Source: an uncultured Gemmatimonadales bacterium
GTDB lineage: Bacteria; Gemmatimonadota; Gemmatimonadetes; Gemmatimonadales; GWC2-71-9
DNA: 64,000 nt
Direction: 5' to 3'
Assembly (NCBI GenBank): GCA_963779755.1
Contig: CAVZZO010000001.1
Span: 384,001-448,000, forward strand
The notes under the pieces are model-generated. The model ran no database searches. It saw only the letters and a program-made list of their open reading frames with translations, and was not told the DNA's origin. This document shows, piece after piece, positions 1-10,970 of the stretch. How positions within the stretch are numbered: the stretch's first letter is position 1; the number at the start of each line of letters is the position of its first letter. A program made the translations under genes and the position numbers.

Positions 1-1
1 G

Positions 2-169
2 AAGGGCTATCCCTTCGAGGTGAGGTTACCCGACGGGCTACCGGTGGCCGGCGTGGTGTTGTCGGATCATCTACGCAGCACCGATTGGCGGGCACGCGAG
101 GCGGAGATCATCGCTCGCGTTCCCGATCGCGTCACGGGAGAGGTTCTGGCCAAGCTCAAGCCGCTATGA
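2..169 (+). CDS. mazF: MazF/PemK-family endoribonuclease toxin, 3' part (5' end outside window)
   Basis: Frame 2 reads KGYPFEVRLPDGLPVAGVVLSDHLRSTDWRAREAEIIARVPDRVTGEVLAKLKPL*, matching the MazF C-terminal half (KGYPFEV...GV.L.D...S..WRAR). Not in the ORF track because it is truncated. Confidence 0.85.
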   Translation, partial: KGYPFEVRLPDGLPVAGVVLSDHLRSTDWRAREAEIIARVPDRVTGEVLAKLKPL

Positions 170-170
170 G

Positions 171-272
171 TCCGCAGATTGCGCAGATTTGGCCCTGCTG
201 TGCTGCAGATTACACAGATCCTGCCGTCCTGCCGTCCTGCCGTCCTGCCGTCCGAGGACTGAGGACTGAGAA
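171..272. repeat. Composite short tandem repeats: GCAGATT(A/G)C-like 9-mers, (CCTGCCGT)x4 at 220-251, (GAGGACT)x2 at 254-267
   Basis: Read directly. All three motifs recur elsewhere in the window. Confidence 0.9.
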
Positions 273-284
273 CCGCGAGGCGCG

Positions 285-794
285 ATGAAAGTAACCGGCA
301 TATTCATAGTCAACGGGGAGCCGCGCGAGATCCTCTACCCCGAGCACAAGACGCTGCTGGAAGTATTGCGGGAGGAGCTCGCGCTCACCGGTACCAAGCA
401 TGGCTGTGAGCTGGGGGAGTGCGGAACCTGCACCGTGCTGATCGACGGCGAGCCGCAGCTTTCCTGTCTGGCGCTGGCTCGAGCGGTGGAAGGTCGCGCG
501 ATCACCACCGTCGAGGGCATGGCCGACGGCCCTGTTCTGCATCCGCTGCAGCAGGCGTTCGCCGAGCTGGGCGCGGCCCAGTGCGGCTACTGCACGCCCG
601 GTATTCTCCTGGCGGCCCAGGCGCTGGTCCGGGAACAACCGGATCCCACGCGAGAGCAGATCAAGGAAGCGCTGGCCGGCAATCTCTGCCGCTGCACCGG
701 GTACGTAAAGATCTACGAGGCGGTGGAGCTGGCGGCGGCGCGGATGCGGGGCGAGGATGCCGAGCCGAAGCGGGAGGCGCTATATGGATACTGA
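285..794 (+). CDS. hcrC: 2x[2Fe-2S] small subunit of a xanthine-oxidase-family molybdoenzyme (HcrC/CoxS-like)
   Basis: GTKHGCELGECGTC, SCL, QCGYCTPG and GNLCRCTGY motifs. Confidence 0.85.
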   Translation: MKVTGIFIVNGEPREILYPEHKTLLEVLREELALTGTKHGCELGECGTCTVLIDGEPQLSCLALARAVEGRAITTVEGMADGPVLHPLQQAFAELGAAQCGYCTPGILLAAQALVREQPDPTREQIKEALAGNLCRCTGYVKIYEAVELAAARMRGEDAEPKREALYGY

Positions 795-3246
795 CCGCCT
801 GACCGCCCGCCCGCCCGACCGCCTCCACATTATCGGCACCGCGCGGCCCAAGGTGGATGCCGCGGCCAAGGTCACGGGGCAGACGCTCTTCGCCGACGAC
901 ATCGTCCTGCCGCGGATGCTCTTCGGGAAGCTGCTGCGGAGCCCGCACCCGCATGCACGCATCACGGCCATTGATACCTCGAAGGCACGCGCGCTCCCCG
1001 GGGTGCACGCAGTGATCACCGGGAAGGACCTGCCCATCCCCTACGGCATTCTCCCGGTGAGCCAGGACGAGCATGCGCTCTGCCCCGATGTGGTGCGCTT
1101 CATCGGCGATCCGGTGGCCGCGGTGGCGGCGGCAGACGAGGACACCGCCGCCGCCGCCTGCGAGCTGATCGAGGTGGCCTACGAGCCGCTCCGGGAGATC
1201 GGCTCGGTGGATGACGCGGTGAAGCACCCGGCGCCGCAACTGCATGAGTATGCCGACGAGGGCAATCTCCACAAGCTGGTCCATCTCGAGTTCGGCGACC
1301 TCGATGCCGGGTTTGCGCAGGCCGATCTGGTGCGGGAAGACCTGGTCTTCTACGAGGGCAATACCCACCTCCCCATGGAGCAGCACGCCGCGGTGGCGCA
1401 GTGCGCGGCCGACGGCCGGCTGACGCTGTGGTCCAGCACCCAGACGCCGCATTACGTGCACCGGGCCCTCTCGTGCGCGCTCGATCTGCCCCCCAGCCGC
1501 ATCCGGGTGATCGCCACGCCCAACGGCGGCGGCTTCGGCGGCAAGAGCGATCCATTCAATCACGAAATCGCCGTGGCCAAGCTGGCCCTGCTGACGGGCC
1601 GCGCGGTGAAGATCACGTTGACCCGTGAGGAGGTGTTCTACTGTCATCGCGGGCGGCACCAGGTGCTGATGCGGGTGCGCACCGGGGTGAAAAAAGACGG
1701 CGCCATCACCGCGATGGACTTCGAGTCCTACCTCGATGGCGGGGCCTACGGTTCCTACGGCGTGGCCAGCACCTATTACACCGGTGCGCTGCAGACGGTG
1801 ACCTACCAGGTGCCCGCCTATCGGTTCCGCGGGACGCGTGCCTTTACCAACAAGCCGCCCTGCGGCCCCAAACGGGGGCACGGCACCCCGCAGCCCCGGT
1901 TCGCGCTGGAGACGCAGCTCGACAAGATCGCCGAGCAGCTGAAGATAGACCCGGCGGAGCTGCGCCTGCGCCACCTCCAGCCGCCCGACTCGGTGACGGC
2001 CAACTGGCTGCGCATCGGGACCATGGGACTGGGCGAATGCATCCGCAAAGTGGTCGAGGGCTCCCGCTGGAAGAGCCGGTTCCGCCAGCTGCCCTACGGC
2101 CGCGGACTGGGCCTCGCCTGCTCGTCGTATATCACCGGTGCCGGGCTGCCCATCTACTGGAACGACATGCCCCATTCCGGGGTGCAGATCAAGTGCGACC
2201 GGGGCGGCGGGGTGACGGTGTTCTGCGGGTCCACCGACATCGGCCAAGGATCGGATTCGATTCTGGCGTATGTGGTGAGCGAGGTGCTGGGCATCGACCC
2301 GGCCACCATCAAGGTGGTGACGGCCGATACCGACCTGACGCCGGTGGACCTCGGTTCCTATTCCTCCCGGGTGACTCTGATGACGGGGCAGGCAGCCATT
2401 CAGGCGGCCGGGCGCGTGCGCGGCATGATTGTCCCGGCGGTGGCGGGGAAGCTCGATGTGCCCGCCGCCAGGCTGGTGTTCGCGGAAGGCCGGATCTTCG
2501 ACAGCAGCGATCCGGAGCGCGGCGTGACATTCGCCGAGGGGGTGGTGGCGGCCGAGACGGCGGCCGGCACCGTCGGCGCGGTGGGCAGCTACAAGCCGCC
2601 GCGCTCGCCGGGGCGCTACCGCGGCGCCGGGGTGGGGCCGTCGGCGGCCTACAGTTACTCGGCGGCGGTGGCGGAGGTGGAGGTGGATGCCGAGACCGGC
2701 ATCGTGCGGGTGCCGACCATCTGGATCGCGCACGACATCGGGCAGAGCCTCAACCCCGCGCTGGTGATGGGGCAGGTGGAGGGGAGCGTGTATATGGGGC
2801 TGGGTGAAGCACTGATGGAGGAGATGGCCTATCGGGAGAACCGGCACGTGGTGCACAAATGGCCCTCGCTGCTGGAATACAAGAGCCCGACCACGCATGA
2901 GATGTGCGACGTGATCACCTACCTGGTGGGCGAGCCCGATCCCAACGGCCCCTTCGGCGGCAAGGAGGCGGGGCAGGGGCCGCTGCTGCCCGTCATGCCC
3001 GCCGTCGCCAACGCGATCTACGACGCCGTGGGCGTCCGGATCGATGAAGTGCCGATGAGTCCACCCAAGGTGCTGAAGGCCGTGCAGGCCAAGGCCAAGG
3101 GCGGCGAGCCGCGATTCGGGCCCACCAAAGTGCCGCAGGTGCGGTGGCCGGAAGCGGTGCGGGTGAAGACGCCGGCGGAGGGGGGAGATGGACGAGCGGA
3201 GACGGCAGGACGGCAGGACGGCAGGACGGCAGGAGGAAAGAGCTGA
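784..3246 (+). CDS. hcrA: Molybdopterin-binding large subunit (4-hydroxybenzoyl-CoA reductase alpha-like)
   Basis: LRSPHPHARI, GGGFGGK, RGHG, DIGQGS, YSSR and GQVEG motifs. ATG 784 overlaps the upstream gene end. Substrate is uncertain. Confidence 0.75.
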   Translation: MDTDRLTARPPDRLHIIGTARPKVDAAAKVTGQTLFADDIVLPRMLFGKLLRSPHPHARITAIDTSKARALPGVHAVITGKDLPIPYGILPVSQDEHALCPDVVRFIGDPVAAVAAADEDTAAAACELIEVAYEPLREIGSVDDAVKHPAPQLHEYADEGNLHKLVHLEFGDLDAGFAQADLVREDLVFYEGNTHLPMEQHAAVAQCAADGRLTLWSSTQTPHYVHRALSCALDLPPSRIRVIATPNGGGFGGKSDPFNHEIAVAKLALLTGRAVKITLTREEVFYCHRGRHQVLMRVRTGVKKDGAITAMDFESYLDGGAYGSYGVASTYYTGALQTVTYQVPAYRFRGTRAFTNKPPCGPKRGHGTPQPRFALETQLDKIAEQLKIDPAELRLRHLQPPDSVTANWLRIGTMGLGECIRKVVEGSRWKSRFRQLPYGRGLGLACSSYITGAGLPIYWNDMPHSGVQIKCDRGGGVTVFCGSTDIGQGSDSILAYVVSEVLGIDPATIKVVTADTDLTPVDLGSYSSRVTLMTGQAAIQAAGRVRGMIVPAVAGKLDVPAARLVFAEGRIFDSSDPERGVTFAEGVVAAETAAGTVGAVGSYKPPRSPGRYRGAGVGPSAAYSYSAAVAEVEVDAETGIVRVPTIWIAHDIGQSLNPALVMGQVEGSVYMGLGEALMEEMAYRENRHVVHKWPSLLEYKSPTTHEMCDVITYLVGEPDPNGPFGGKEAGQGPLLPVMPAVANAIYDAVGVRIDEVPMSPPKVLKAVQAKAKGGEPRFGPTKVPQVRWPEAVRVKTPAEGGDGRAETAGRQDGRTAGGKS

Positions 3247-4238
3247 TGCTCCGGCTTCCCGAGTTTACGGCGGAGTTTCCCGCGCGCATCGAGGACGCGG
3301 TAGCGCTCAAGGCACAACACGGCTCGAAGGCCGTCTACGCGGCCGGCGGCACCGACCTCTATCCCAACATGAAGCGGCGGCAGCAGACGCCGGCGGTCGT
3401 GGTGGACGTTCGCCGGGTTCCCGAGCTGCAGCGCCTCGAGCCCGACGCCGAGGGGACGCTGCATATCGGCGCCGCGGTGAGTCTCACGCGCCTGATTCGC
3501 GATGTGCGGGTACGGGAGGCGTGGCCGGTGCTGTCGCAGGCGGCGCGGGAGATCTCCACCCCCATCCTGCAGAACATGGGGACGGTGGGCGGCAACCTGT
3601 TGCTGGACACGCGCTGCAACTACTACGATCAGAGCTTCGAGTGGCGCAAGGCGATCGACTTCTGCATGAAGAAGGACGGCGCCATCTGCTGGGTGGCTCC
3701 TTCCAGCCCGCGCTGCTGGGCGGTGCAGTCGAGCGATCTGGCGCCCGTCATGGTGGCGCTCAACGCCAGCGTGGTGCTGGCGGGGCCGGGCGGCTCCCGG
3801 ACGCTGCCGGTGCGGGAACTCTATCGTGACGACGGCATCGCGTTTCTCACCAAGGAGCCGGACGAATTGCTGGTGGAAGTCCGGGTGCCGCCGCTGGAAG
3901 GCCGCGCCTGTTATGTCAAGCTGCGCCGCCGCGGCTCGTTCGACTTCCCGGTGCTGGGAGTGGCCGCGTGGGCGGTTTTCAACCACGACCGGACCGTCCG
4001 CGAGGCGCGGATCGTGCTGGGGGCGGTCGGCTCCTGGCCCAAGCCGTGCGCCGAAGCCGCGGAGCTGCTGCAAGGCCGCCGGCTGGACGACGAGGCGCTC
4101 GATGCCGCTGCGCGGGCCGCCGCCCGGCTGGGCAAACCGCTGGACAATACCGATTTCACCATTGGCTGGCGCAAGGACATGGTCCCGGTTCACGTGCGAC
4201 GGGCGCTCGCCCGGCTGGCGGAGGCAGTGCCGGGGTGA
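3246..4238 (+). CDS. hcrB: FAD-binding subunit with [4Fe-4S] insertion (HcrB-like)
   Basis: AGGTDL and GTVGGN FAD motifs plus the Cys-rich insert RCNYY...FCMKKDGAICWVAPSSPRCWA typical of HcrB. TGATG coupling at 3244-3248. Confidence 0.8.
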   Translation: MLRLPEFTAEFPARIEDAVALKAQHGSKAVYAAGGTDLYPNMKRRQQTPAVVVDVRRVPELQRLEPDAEGTLHIGAAVSLTRLIRDVRVREAWPVLSQAAREISTPILQNMGTVGGNLLLDTRCNYYDQSFEWRKAIDFCMKKDGAICWVAPSSPRCWAVQSSDLAPVMVALNASVVLAGPGGSRTLPVRELYRDDGIAFLTKEPDELLVEVRVPPLEGRACYVKLRRRGSFDFPVLGVAAWAVFNHDRTVREARIVLGAVGSWPKPCAEAAELLQGRRLDDEALDAAARAAARLGKPLDNTDFTIGWRKDMVPVHVRRALARLAEAVPG

Positions 4239-4317
4239 CCTGAAACACGTCGGGCAGCCTGCGCGTCGCCTATGATACCGTGGCCCGGTCCCGGCTCCTC
4301 ATGCCCGGAGTGCCCGC

Positions 4318-4584
4318 ATGCCTTGCCTGTTCGCCCTCATCGCGCTGCTGACCCCCCGCCTGGTCATCGTTCTCCTGTGGCTGTTCACCAACTGGTGGCA
4401 GGGTCTGTTTTCCAGCGCGCTGTGGCTCATCCTCGGCCTGATTTTCCTGCCCACCACCCTGCTCTGGTACAGCGCCGTGCAGCACTGGTGGGGCGGCGTC
4501 TGGGGCCTGTGGCAGATCGTGGGTCTGGTGATCGCGCTGATGATCGACGTCTCCCCCGCCAGTGGGCGCCGGCGCCGGGACTGA
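4318..4584 (+). CDS. Small hydrophobic membrane protein (about 3 TM)
   Basis: 88 aa, strongly hydrophobic, GGAG upstream. Confidence 0.7.
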   Translation: MPCLFALIALLTPRLVIVLLWLFTNWWQGLFSSALWLILGLIFLPTTLLWYSAVQHWWGGVWGLWQIVGLVIALMIDVSPASGRRRRD

Positions 4585-4596
4585 GCGGCTTTCTCG

Positions 4597-5481
4597 CTAG
4601 GCGTCGCCTTCCTGGACCAATCGCGGGATCCTGGCCGTCTGGCGGACCGCGGCGTCCTTGACGTCCTCAATGAAGAGCTGCAGGTGAGGGAAGGGGATCT
4701 CGATCCCGGCGTCGTCCAGCGCAACTTTGCAGGCTTCAATGGTGCGGAAGAAGACCGGCTTTTCTTCCGAGGCGTCGCTGATCCAGACCCGGACCTCGAG
4801 ATTCACGCTGGAGTCGCCCAGCTCGAGCGCTACCACCGTCGGTTCCGGATCGGTCATGACCCCCTCCAGTCCCCGTACCGCCTCCAGCATCACGCGGCGC
4901 GCCTCGGCGATCTTTTCCTTATAAGCGATCCCGACGGGCACGTTGACGCGGGTGCGCCCGTACATCGAGTGATTGACCAGCATTTCCCCGATGATTTGCT
5001 TGTTGGGCACCACGGCGTAGGTATTCTCCTGCGTCCGGATCCGGGTGGTCCGCATGGTGATGTCCTGGACCCGGCCGTACTGGTCGTTGAGGCTGATATA
5101 GTCGCCAACCTCGAAGGGTCGATCCCAGAAAATCAGAAACCCGGCGATCATATTCGAAAGGGATTCCTGGGCCGCGAATCCGATGGCGATGCCCGCCACG
5201 CCGATTCCGGCTAATGCGGCGGCGATATTGATTCCCAGCTGGGCGGCCGCCATGACCACGCCAAATGCCAGGATGGTGAAGCGGTAGACGTTATCCACCA
5301 GCAACCGGTTCAGGGCGTCGTCGATCCGGGCCCGGCGAAGCAGTCCTCGCAAGGCGGGCCGGGTAAGCCGCTCCAGGACCCAGAAGAAGAAGAGGACGAG
5401 GAGAGCCGCTCCCAGCTTGGGGAGAAAGTCGATGACCTTGTTGGTGAGATACCGCGTATCAAGAAGATCGGGGAGGGACAT
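4597..5481 (-). CDS. mscS: Small-conductance mechanosensitive channel
   Basis: AIGFAAQESLSNMIAG, RPFEVGD, VPN and IEIPFP motifs. Confidence 0.9.
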   Translation of the reverse strand: MSLPDLLDTRYLTNKVIDFLPKLGAALLVLFFFWVLERLTRPALRGLLRRARIDDALNRLLVDNVYRFTILAFGVVMAAAQLGINIAAALAGIGVAGIAIGFAAQESLSNMIAGFLIFWDRPFEVGDYISLNDQYGRVQDITMRTTRIRTQENTYAVVPNKQIIGEMLVNHSMYGRTRVNVPVGIAYKEKIAEARRVMLEAVRGLEGVMTDPEPTVVALELGDSSVNLEVRVWISDASEEKPVFFRTIEACKVALDDAGIEIPFPHLQLFIEDVKDAAVRQTARIPRLVQEGDA

Positions 5482-5542
5482 GCAAGGCTCCGGGTTCAGG
5501 ATCTACAGGAGTCTGGCCGCGCCGCGGGCGCGGGACAACCGT

Positions 5543-7870
5543 ATGCGGGCAGGGTGGCTCGCCCGCCGGATGCCGGGGGCCCTGCTGTGCCTCCTCGTCT
5601 GGGCCGCCGCTCCGGTTGTGGGGCAGGGCCGCGACCCGGGTTGGCGCGAGGCAATCGCGACCCGGGGACGGGAGCTGGCCCGGGAATTCACCCTGCCGAG
5701 GCTGGCGGTGGTGCTGGCCACGCCGAAGGGGATACTCTGGGCCTCTGCCTTCGGCAGCGATAGCATAGGCAACGATACGGCGACAGTGTATCGCGCGGGC
5801 TCCCTTGCGAAAACGGTGACTGCCCTGGCCGTCATGCAACTGGCCGCCGCCGGGAAGCTGGATCTCGACGCGCCGGTGCGCCGCTATCTGCCCGGGTTCC
5901 GGCCCCGGAATCCCTATGGGGGCGCCATTACTCTGCGCCGGCTCCTGGAACATCGCTCCGGTCTGGACCGGGATCCGCCGGCCGGCGGGTATCTCGATTC
6001 CCTCGCGCCGCCGCTCGACTCGGTGGTGCGAAGCCTGAATGGTACTACCCTCCGGTTCGCCCCTGGGTCCCGGACGAAGTACAGCAACGCCGGTCCCACC
6101 GTCGCCGGGTTGGTGGTGGAGCGGGTGTCGGGGGAGCCGTATGCCTCCTATGTGCGAGACGCGATCCTGGCACCCTCCGGCATGGGGAGGAGCGGCATCG
6201 GCAGCCCCGAGGCGCTGGCGGGCGGGTGGCTCTGGGCCCCCGACCGGGAGCGGTTCGCCGCGCCTTCCTTTCGACTCGGCATCGCGCCGGCGGCCGGGCT
6301 GTACGCCTCGGCCGCCGATCTGGGGCGGTTTGCCGCCATGCTGCTGGCCGGCGGAACAGGGCCCGGCGGCCAGGTAGTGGACCGGGCAACCCTGCGGCAG
6401 ATGTGGAGTGCGCCGGCAGGGGACGCCAGCGGCTATGCCCTCGGTTTCCAGCAGAGCTCACTGGATGGCCGTTTCATGGTGGGGCATGCCGGAGCGGTCT
6501 ACGGATATACCTCTATCCTGAACCTGCTGCCGGACGATAGCATCGGGGTGGTCGTGGTCACCGACGTGGATGCGGCCAACGGGGTGGTCGCGCAGCTGGC
6601 GCAGTTCGCTCTCCGGGCCGTCCTGGCGGATCGGACGGCGGGGCCACCGCCGATTGTGGCGGACCTGCGCCCGGTAGGCGACTCTCTGGCCCACACGCTG
6701 GCGGGCCGCTACAGCAATGGAGCGGAGACCATGGAGCTGCAGAACCGGGGTGGTGCGCTTTCCTGGATTCCCGCTCCCGGCCGGCCGCCGCTGGCGTTGA
6801 GCCGCCTCGCTGATACGCTGGCAGTGAACGACCTGCGGGACTACGGCCCGCGGCTGGTGCCCTCGAGCTCAGGGAGAGGCCGGCTAGTGGTGGGCGGAGA
6901 TACCCTGGCGCGTGTTCAGGCGCCCAGGCCTGGGCCGCTCCCGGCACGCTGGCAGGGGATCATCGGTGAATACGGCCCGGACTATGGTGTTGTTTTTCTC
7001 TACGAGGCGGCCGGCCGGCTGATGGCCCGCACCGAGTGGTTCAACGCCGCGCCGCTGGAAGAGCTGGCAGCCGACCGCTTCCGTTTTCCCCGCAGCGGCA
7101 TGCACGCGGAGGAGGAGCTGGCCGTCCTCCGGGGGCCCGACCGGAGTGTGACGGGTATCCGGTTGGGCGGGGTGTGGCTACCGCGCCGCCGGATCGGCCC
7201 GGCAGCGGGTGGCCAGTTGCACGTCCACCCGGTGCGTCCGGTTGAAGAGCTGCGACAGGAAGCGCTGCAGGCTTCTCCGCCGGCCCAGCCGGCAGGGCTG
7301 CGCCCGCCCGACCTGGTGAATGTCGCGGCGCTGGATTCCAGCATTCACCTCGACATCCGCTACGCCGGCGCCAACAACTTCCTGGGCACCCCCTTCTACA
7401 CCCTTGCCCGGGCCTTCCTGCAGCGGCCCGCCGCCATGGCGCTGCTGCGGGCGCATCACGCCCTGCGCCGCTACGGGTACGGCATCCTGATCCATGACGC
7501 GTATCGTCCCTGGTATGTCACGAAGATCTTCTGGGACGCGACTCCCGATTCCCTCAGATGGCTGGTGGCCAACCCGGCCAACGGATCGCGGCACAATCGT
7601 GGCGCGGCGGTGGATGTGACGATGTATGATCTCGCCACCGGGCGTCCGGTGCCCATGCCTGGCACCTATGACGAATCGACCGACCGCTCATTCGCCTATT
7701 ATCCTGGCGGGACCGATCTGGAGCGGTGGAACCGCGGCCTGCTGCGGCGGGTGATGGAAGCACAGGGCTTCGCCATTTACCCGGCGGAGTGGTGGCACTT
7801 CGACTACGGGGAGTGGAGGGAGTATCCGATCCTGAACATACCGTTTGAGCAGATAGGGAAAGGGGAATAG
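5543..7870 (+). CDS. Secreted serine hydrolase (beta-lactamase/AmpC fold) fused to a C-terminal M15 D-Ala-D-Ala dipeptidase (VanX-like)
   Basis: SxxK (SLAK), YSN and HAG motifs, then SRHNRGAAVD and EWWHF. Start could also be 5570. Confidence 0.85.
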   Translation: MRAGWLARRMPGALLCLLVWAAAPVVGQGRDPGWREAIATRGRELAREFTLPRLAVVLATPKGILWASAFGSDSIGNDTATVYRAGSLAKTVTALAVMQLAAAGKLDLDAPVRRYLPGFRPRNPYGGAITLRRLLEHRSGLDRDPPAGGYLDSLAPPLDSVVRSLNGTTLRFAPGSRTKYSNAGPTVAGLVVERVSGEPYASYVRDAILAPSGMGRSGIGSPEALAGGWLWAPDRERFAAPSFRLGIAPAAGLYASAADLGRFAAMLLAGGTGPGGQVVDRATLRQMWSAPAGDASGYALGFQQSSLDGRFMVGHAGAVYGYTSILNLLPDDSIGVVVVTDVDAANGVVAQLAQFALRAVLADRTAGPPPIVADLRPVGDSLAHTLAGRYSNGAETMELQNRGGALSWIPAPGRPPLALSRLADTLAVNDLRDYGPRLVPSSSGRGRLVVGGDTLARVQAPRPGPLPARWQGIIGEYGPDYGVVFLYEAAGRLMARTEWFNAAPLEELAADRFRFPRSGMHAEEELAVLRGPDRSVTGIRLGGVWLPRRRIGPAAGGQLHVHPVRPVEELRQEALQASPPAQPAGLRPPDLVNVAALDSSIHLDIRYAGANNFLGTPFYTLARAFLQRPAAMALLRAHHALRRYGYGILIHDAYRPWYVTKIFWDATPDSLRWLVANPANGSRHNRGAAVDVTMYDLATGRPVPMPGTYDESTDRSFAYYPGGTDLERWNRGLLRRVMEAQGFAIYPAEWWHFDYGEWREYPILNIPFEQIGKGE

Positions 7871-7920
7871 GGAACGGGGAAGGGGCCCACCGCTTCCCCC
7901 TTCCCGTTACCCTTTTCCCT
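7853..7920. terminator. Purine-rich/pyrimidine-rich inverted 7-mer arrays between convergent genes; probable hairpin terminator
   Basis: AGGGAAAGGGGAATAGGGAACGGGGAAGGGG...CTTCCCCCTTCCCGTTACCCTTTTCCCT. Confidence 0.5.
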
Positions 7921-8980
7921 ATTCTCGCCGTTCGAAGCTCCCGCTCCACCGCGCGATCCGCCCGCCCGGCCCTGCCACCCATCCCGCGGTGGGGGAGACG
8001 AACGCGACGGTATTCCATTGCTGGTCGTCTACCCCCGTCCAGGTGACGCCGTCGTCGGTGGAATAGCCGGATCCCGAGGGCCCCACCGCGACGACCGTCC
8101 GGGTTCCAGGAACGTACACTACGGCATAGCGCACACCGGCCGGGATACTGCCGGCGACGATCTTCCAGGTACGGCCCCCGTCGTCCGATGCGAGGACGTT
8201 GCGGACCGCGGTTCGCGGTGTCTGATAGTTGCCTCCCACGGCCACCCCGTGCTGCCGGTCCCGGAAGGCCACGCCGAAAATCCCGGTGGACGGGCTGCCG
8301 CCGAGTTGGGTGGAGGCCGCGCTCCAGGTGCGTCCGCCGTCGGTACTGCGGAGGATGCGCGCGGTGTCGCTGCCGCCGGTGCCGATCCAGAAGTAGCCGC
8401 CCGGCAGTGCGCTGACGTCCGTGCCGCTGGCGGCGAAGCTGGCCTCCCCGACCCGGGGGGCCGGCAGCGCGGCGGCGGGGATTTCATTCCAGTGCTCCCC
8501 GTCCTCGGTGCGTACCACGACCATCTGGTTGCGAATCGGGTCGCCGAACGCGATGCCGTGGGTGGCATCGGAGAATGCCATGCCGTCGAAGAACATGCCG
8601 CTGTCGGCCCGCTCGTACTGGATGACCCAGGAGCGGCCGCTGTCGCTGGTGGCGTAGATCTGTCCCAGCCCGCCGTCGAAGTCGGTGCCGAGGACCCAGG
8701 CGCGGGCGGCATCGCGGGCGTGCACGTCGATCAGGAAGAGGTGCGATGCGCCGGGAATCGAATCCGCGCGCCAGGTGCGGCCGCCATCGGTGGTCCGGGC
8801 GACCACGCCTCCCCGGCCCGCGGCCCAGACCACGTTCGAATCCACGGCGTAGAGCCCGCGGAACTCGGCGGTGGTGCCGGTCGACTGGGGCGTCCATTGT
8901 GCCGCGAGCGGCGCGGCGGTGGAGGCGGCGAGGCCTGCAATGGCGAGTACCCATGAGGCTGGCGCCGTGGATCGGCTCAT
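7919..8980 (-). CDS. Secreted BNR/Asp-box (YCF48-like) beta-propeller protein
   Basis: Signal peptide and repeated (S/T)xDGGxTW Asp-boxes. Confidence 0.85.
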   Translation of the reverse strand: MSRSTAPASWVLAIAGLAASTAAPLAAQWTPQSTGTTAEFRGLYAVDSNVVWAAGRGGVVARTTDGGRTWRADSIPGASHLFLIDVHARDAARAWVLGTDFDGGLGQIYATSDSGRSWVIQYERADSGMFFDGMAFSDATHGIAFGDPIRNQMVVVRTEDGEHWNEIPAAALPAPRVGEASFAASGTDVSALPGGYFWIGTGGSDTARILRSTDGGRTWSAASTQLGGSPSTGIFGVAFRDRQHGVAVGGNYQTPRTAVRNVLASDDGGRTWKIVAGSIPAGVRYAVVYVPGTRTVVAVGPSGSGYSTDDGVTWTGVDDQQWNTVAFVSPTAGWVAGPGGRIARWSGSFERRE

Positions 8981-9002
8981 TCGAACTTCTCCGACAAAGG
9001 GG

Positions 9003-9129
9003 AACCGCAGATTACGCAGATTCGTTCAGGTCTTTTTCCGTCTGCTCATCTTCGACAACAATCAGGAGCATATTGCTGCCCCCCGGATACCAACAGGGAT
9101 CATCTGCGCAATCTGCGTAATCTGCGGTT
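9003..9129. repeat. Element bounded by inverted GCAGATTAC 9-mer arrays (AACCGCAGATTACGCAGAT...ATCTGCGCAATCTGCGTAATCTGCGGTT)
   Basis: Terminal inverted repeats read directly; second copy at 42656-42824. Confidence 0.85.
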
Positions 9130-9150
9130 TCATCGCTGCGCGCTCCCCGC

Positions 9151-10733
<1,583 letters not shown>

Positions 10734-10737
<4 letters not shown>

Positions 10738-10955
10738 GGGCCGGGTTCCGGCGGGTCGAGGAGGACTTCGGTGAATTCGGTGGCCCCGGTCGCGAGCATG
10801 CGCCGGAGGTAGGGCCGGCAGAGGCCGCACCCCGCGCCGCAGCCGGTCTCGCGGATCAGCGTCTCCAAATCCCAATGCCGCGCGCGGGCGAGCGGCAGCA
10901 GGCGGGCGAAGGGCGTCTCGCGGCAGACGCACATGGTAATGCGAACGTCTCCCAT
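10734..10955 (-). CDS. BFD-like [2Fe-2S] small protein
   Basis: CVC...TGCGAGCGLCRPY pattern; stop overlaps the kinase start (ATGA). Confidence 0.75.
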
Positions 10956-10970
10956 TGCATCCGGCGCGTC

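Noticed and set aside
661..2898. Long antisense and alternate-frame ORFs (for example 661-2898, 25685-27655, 34769-36613, 40671-42731, 61767-63473)
   Set aside because: Shadow ORFs of high-GC genes, overlapping well-supported CDSs and lacking family motifs.
285..4238. Aerobic CO dehydrogenase (coxSLM)
   Set aside because: Lacks the AYxCSFR/AYRGAGR active-site loop (has PKRGHG), and the FAD subunit carries the HcrB-type Cys insert.
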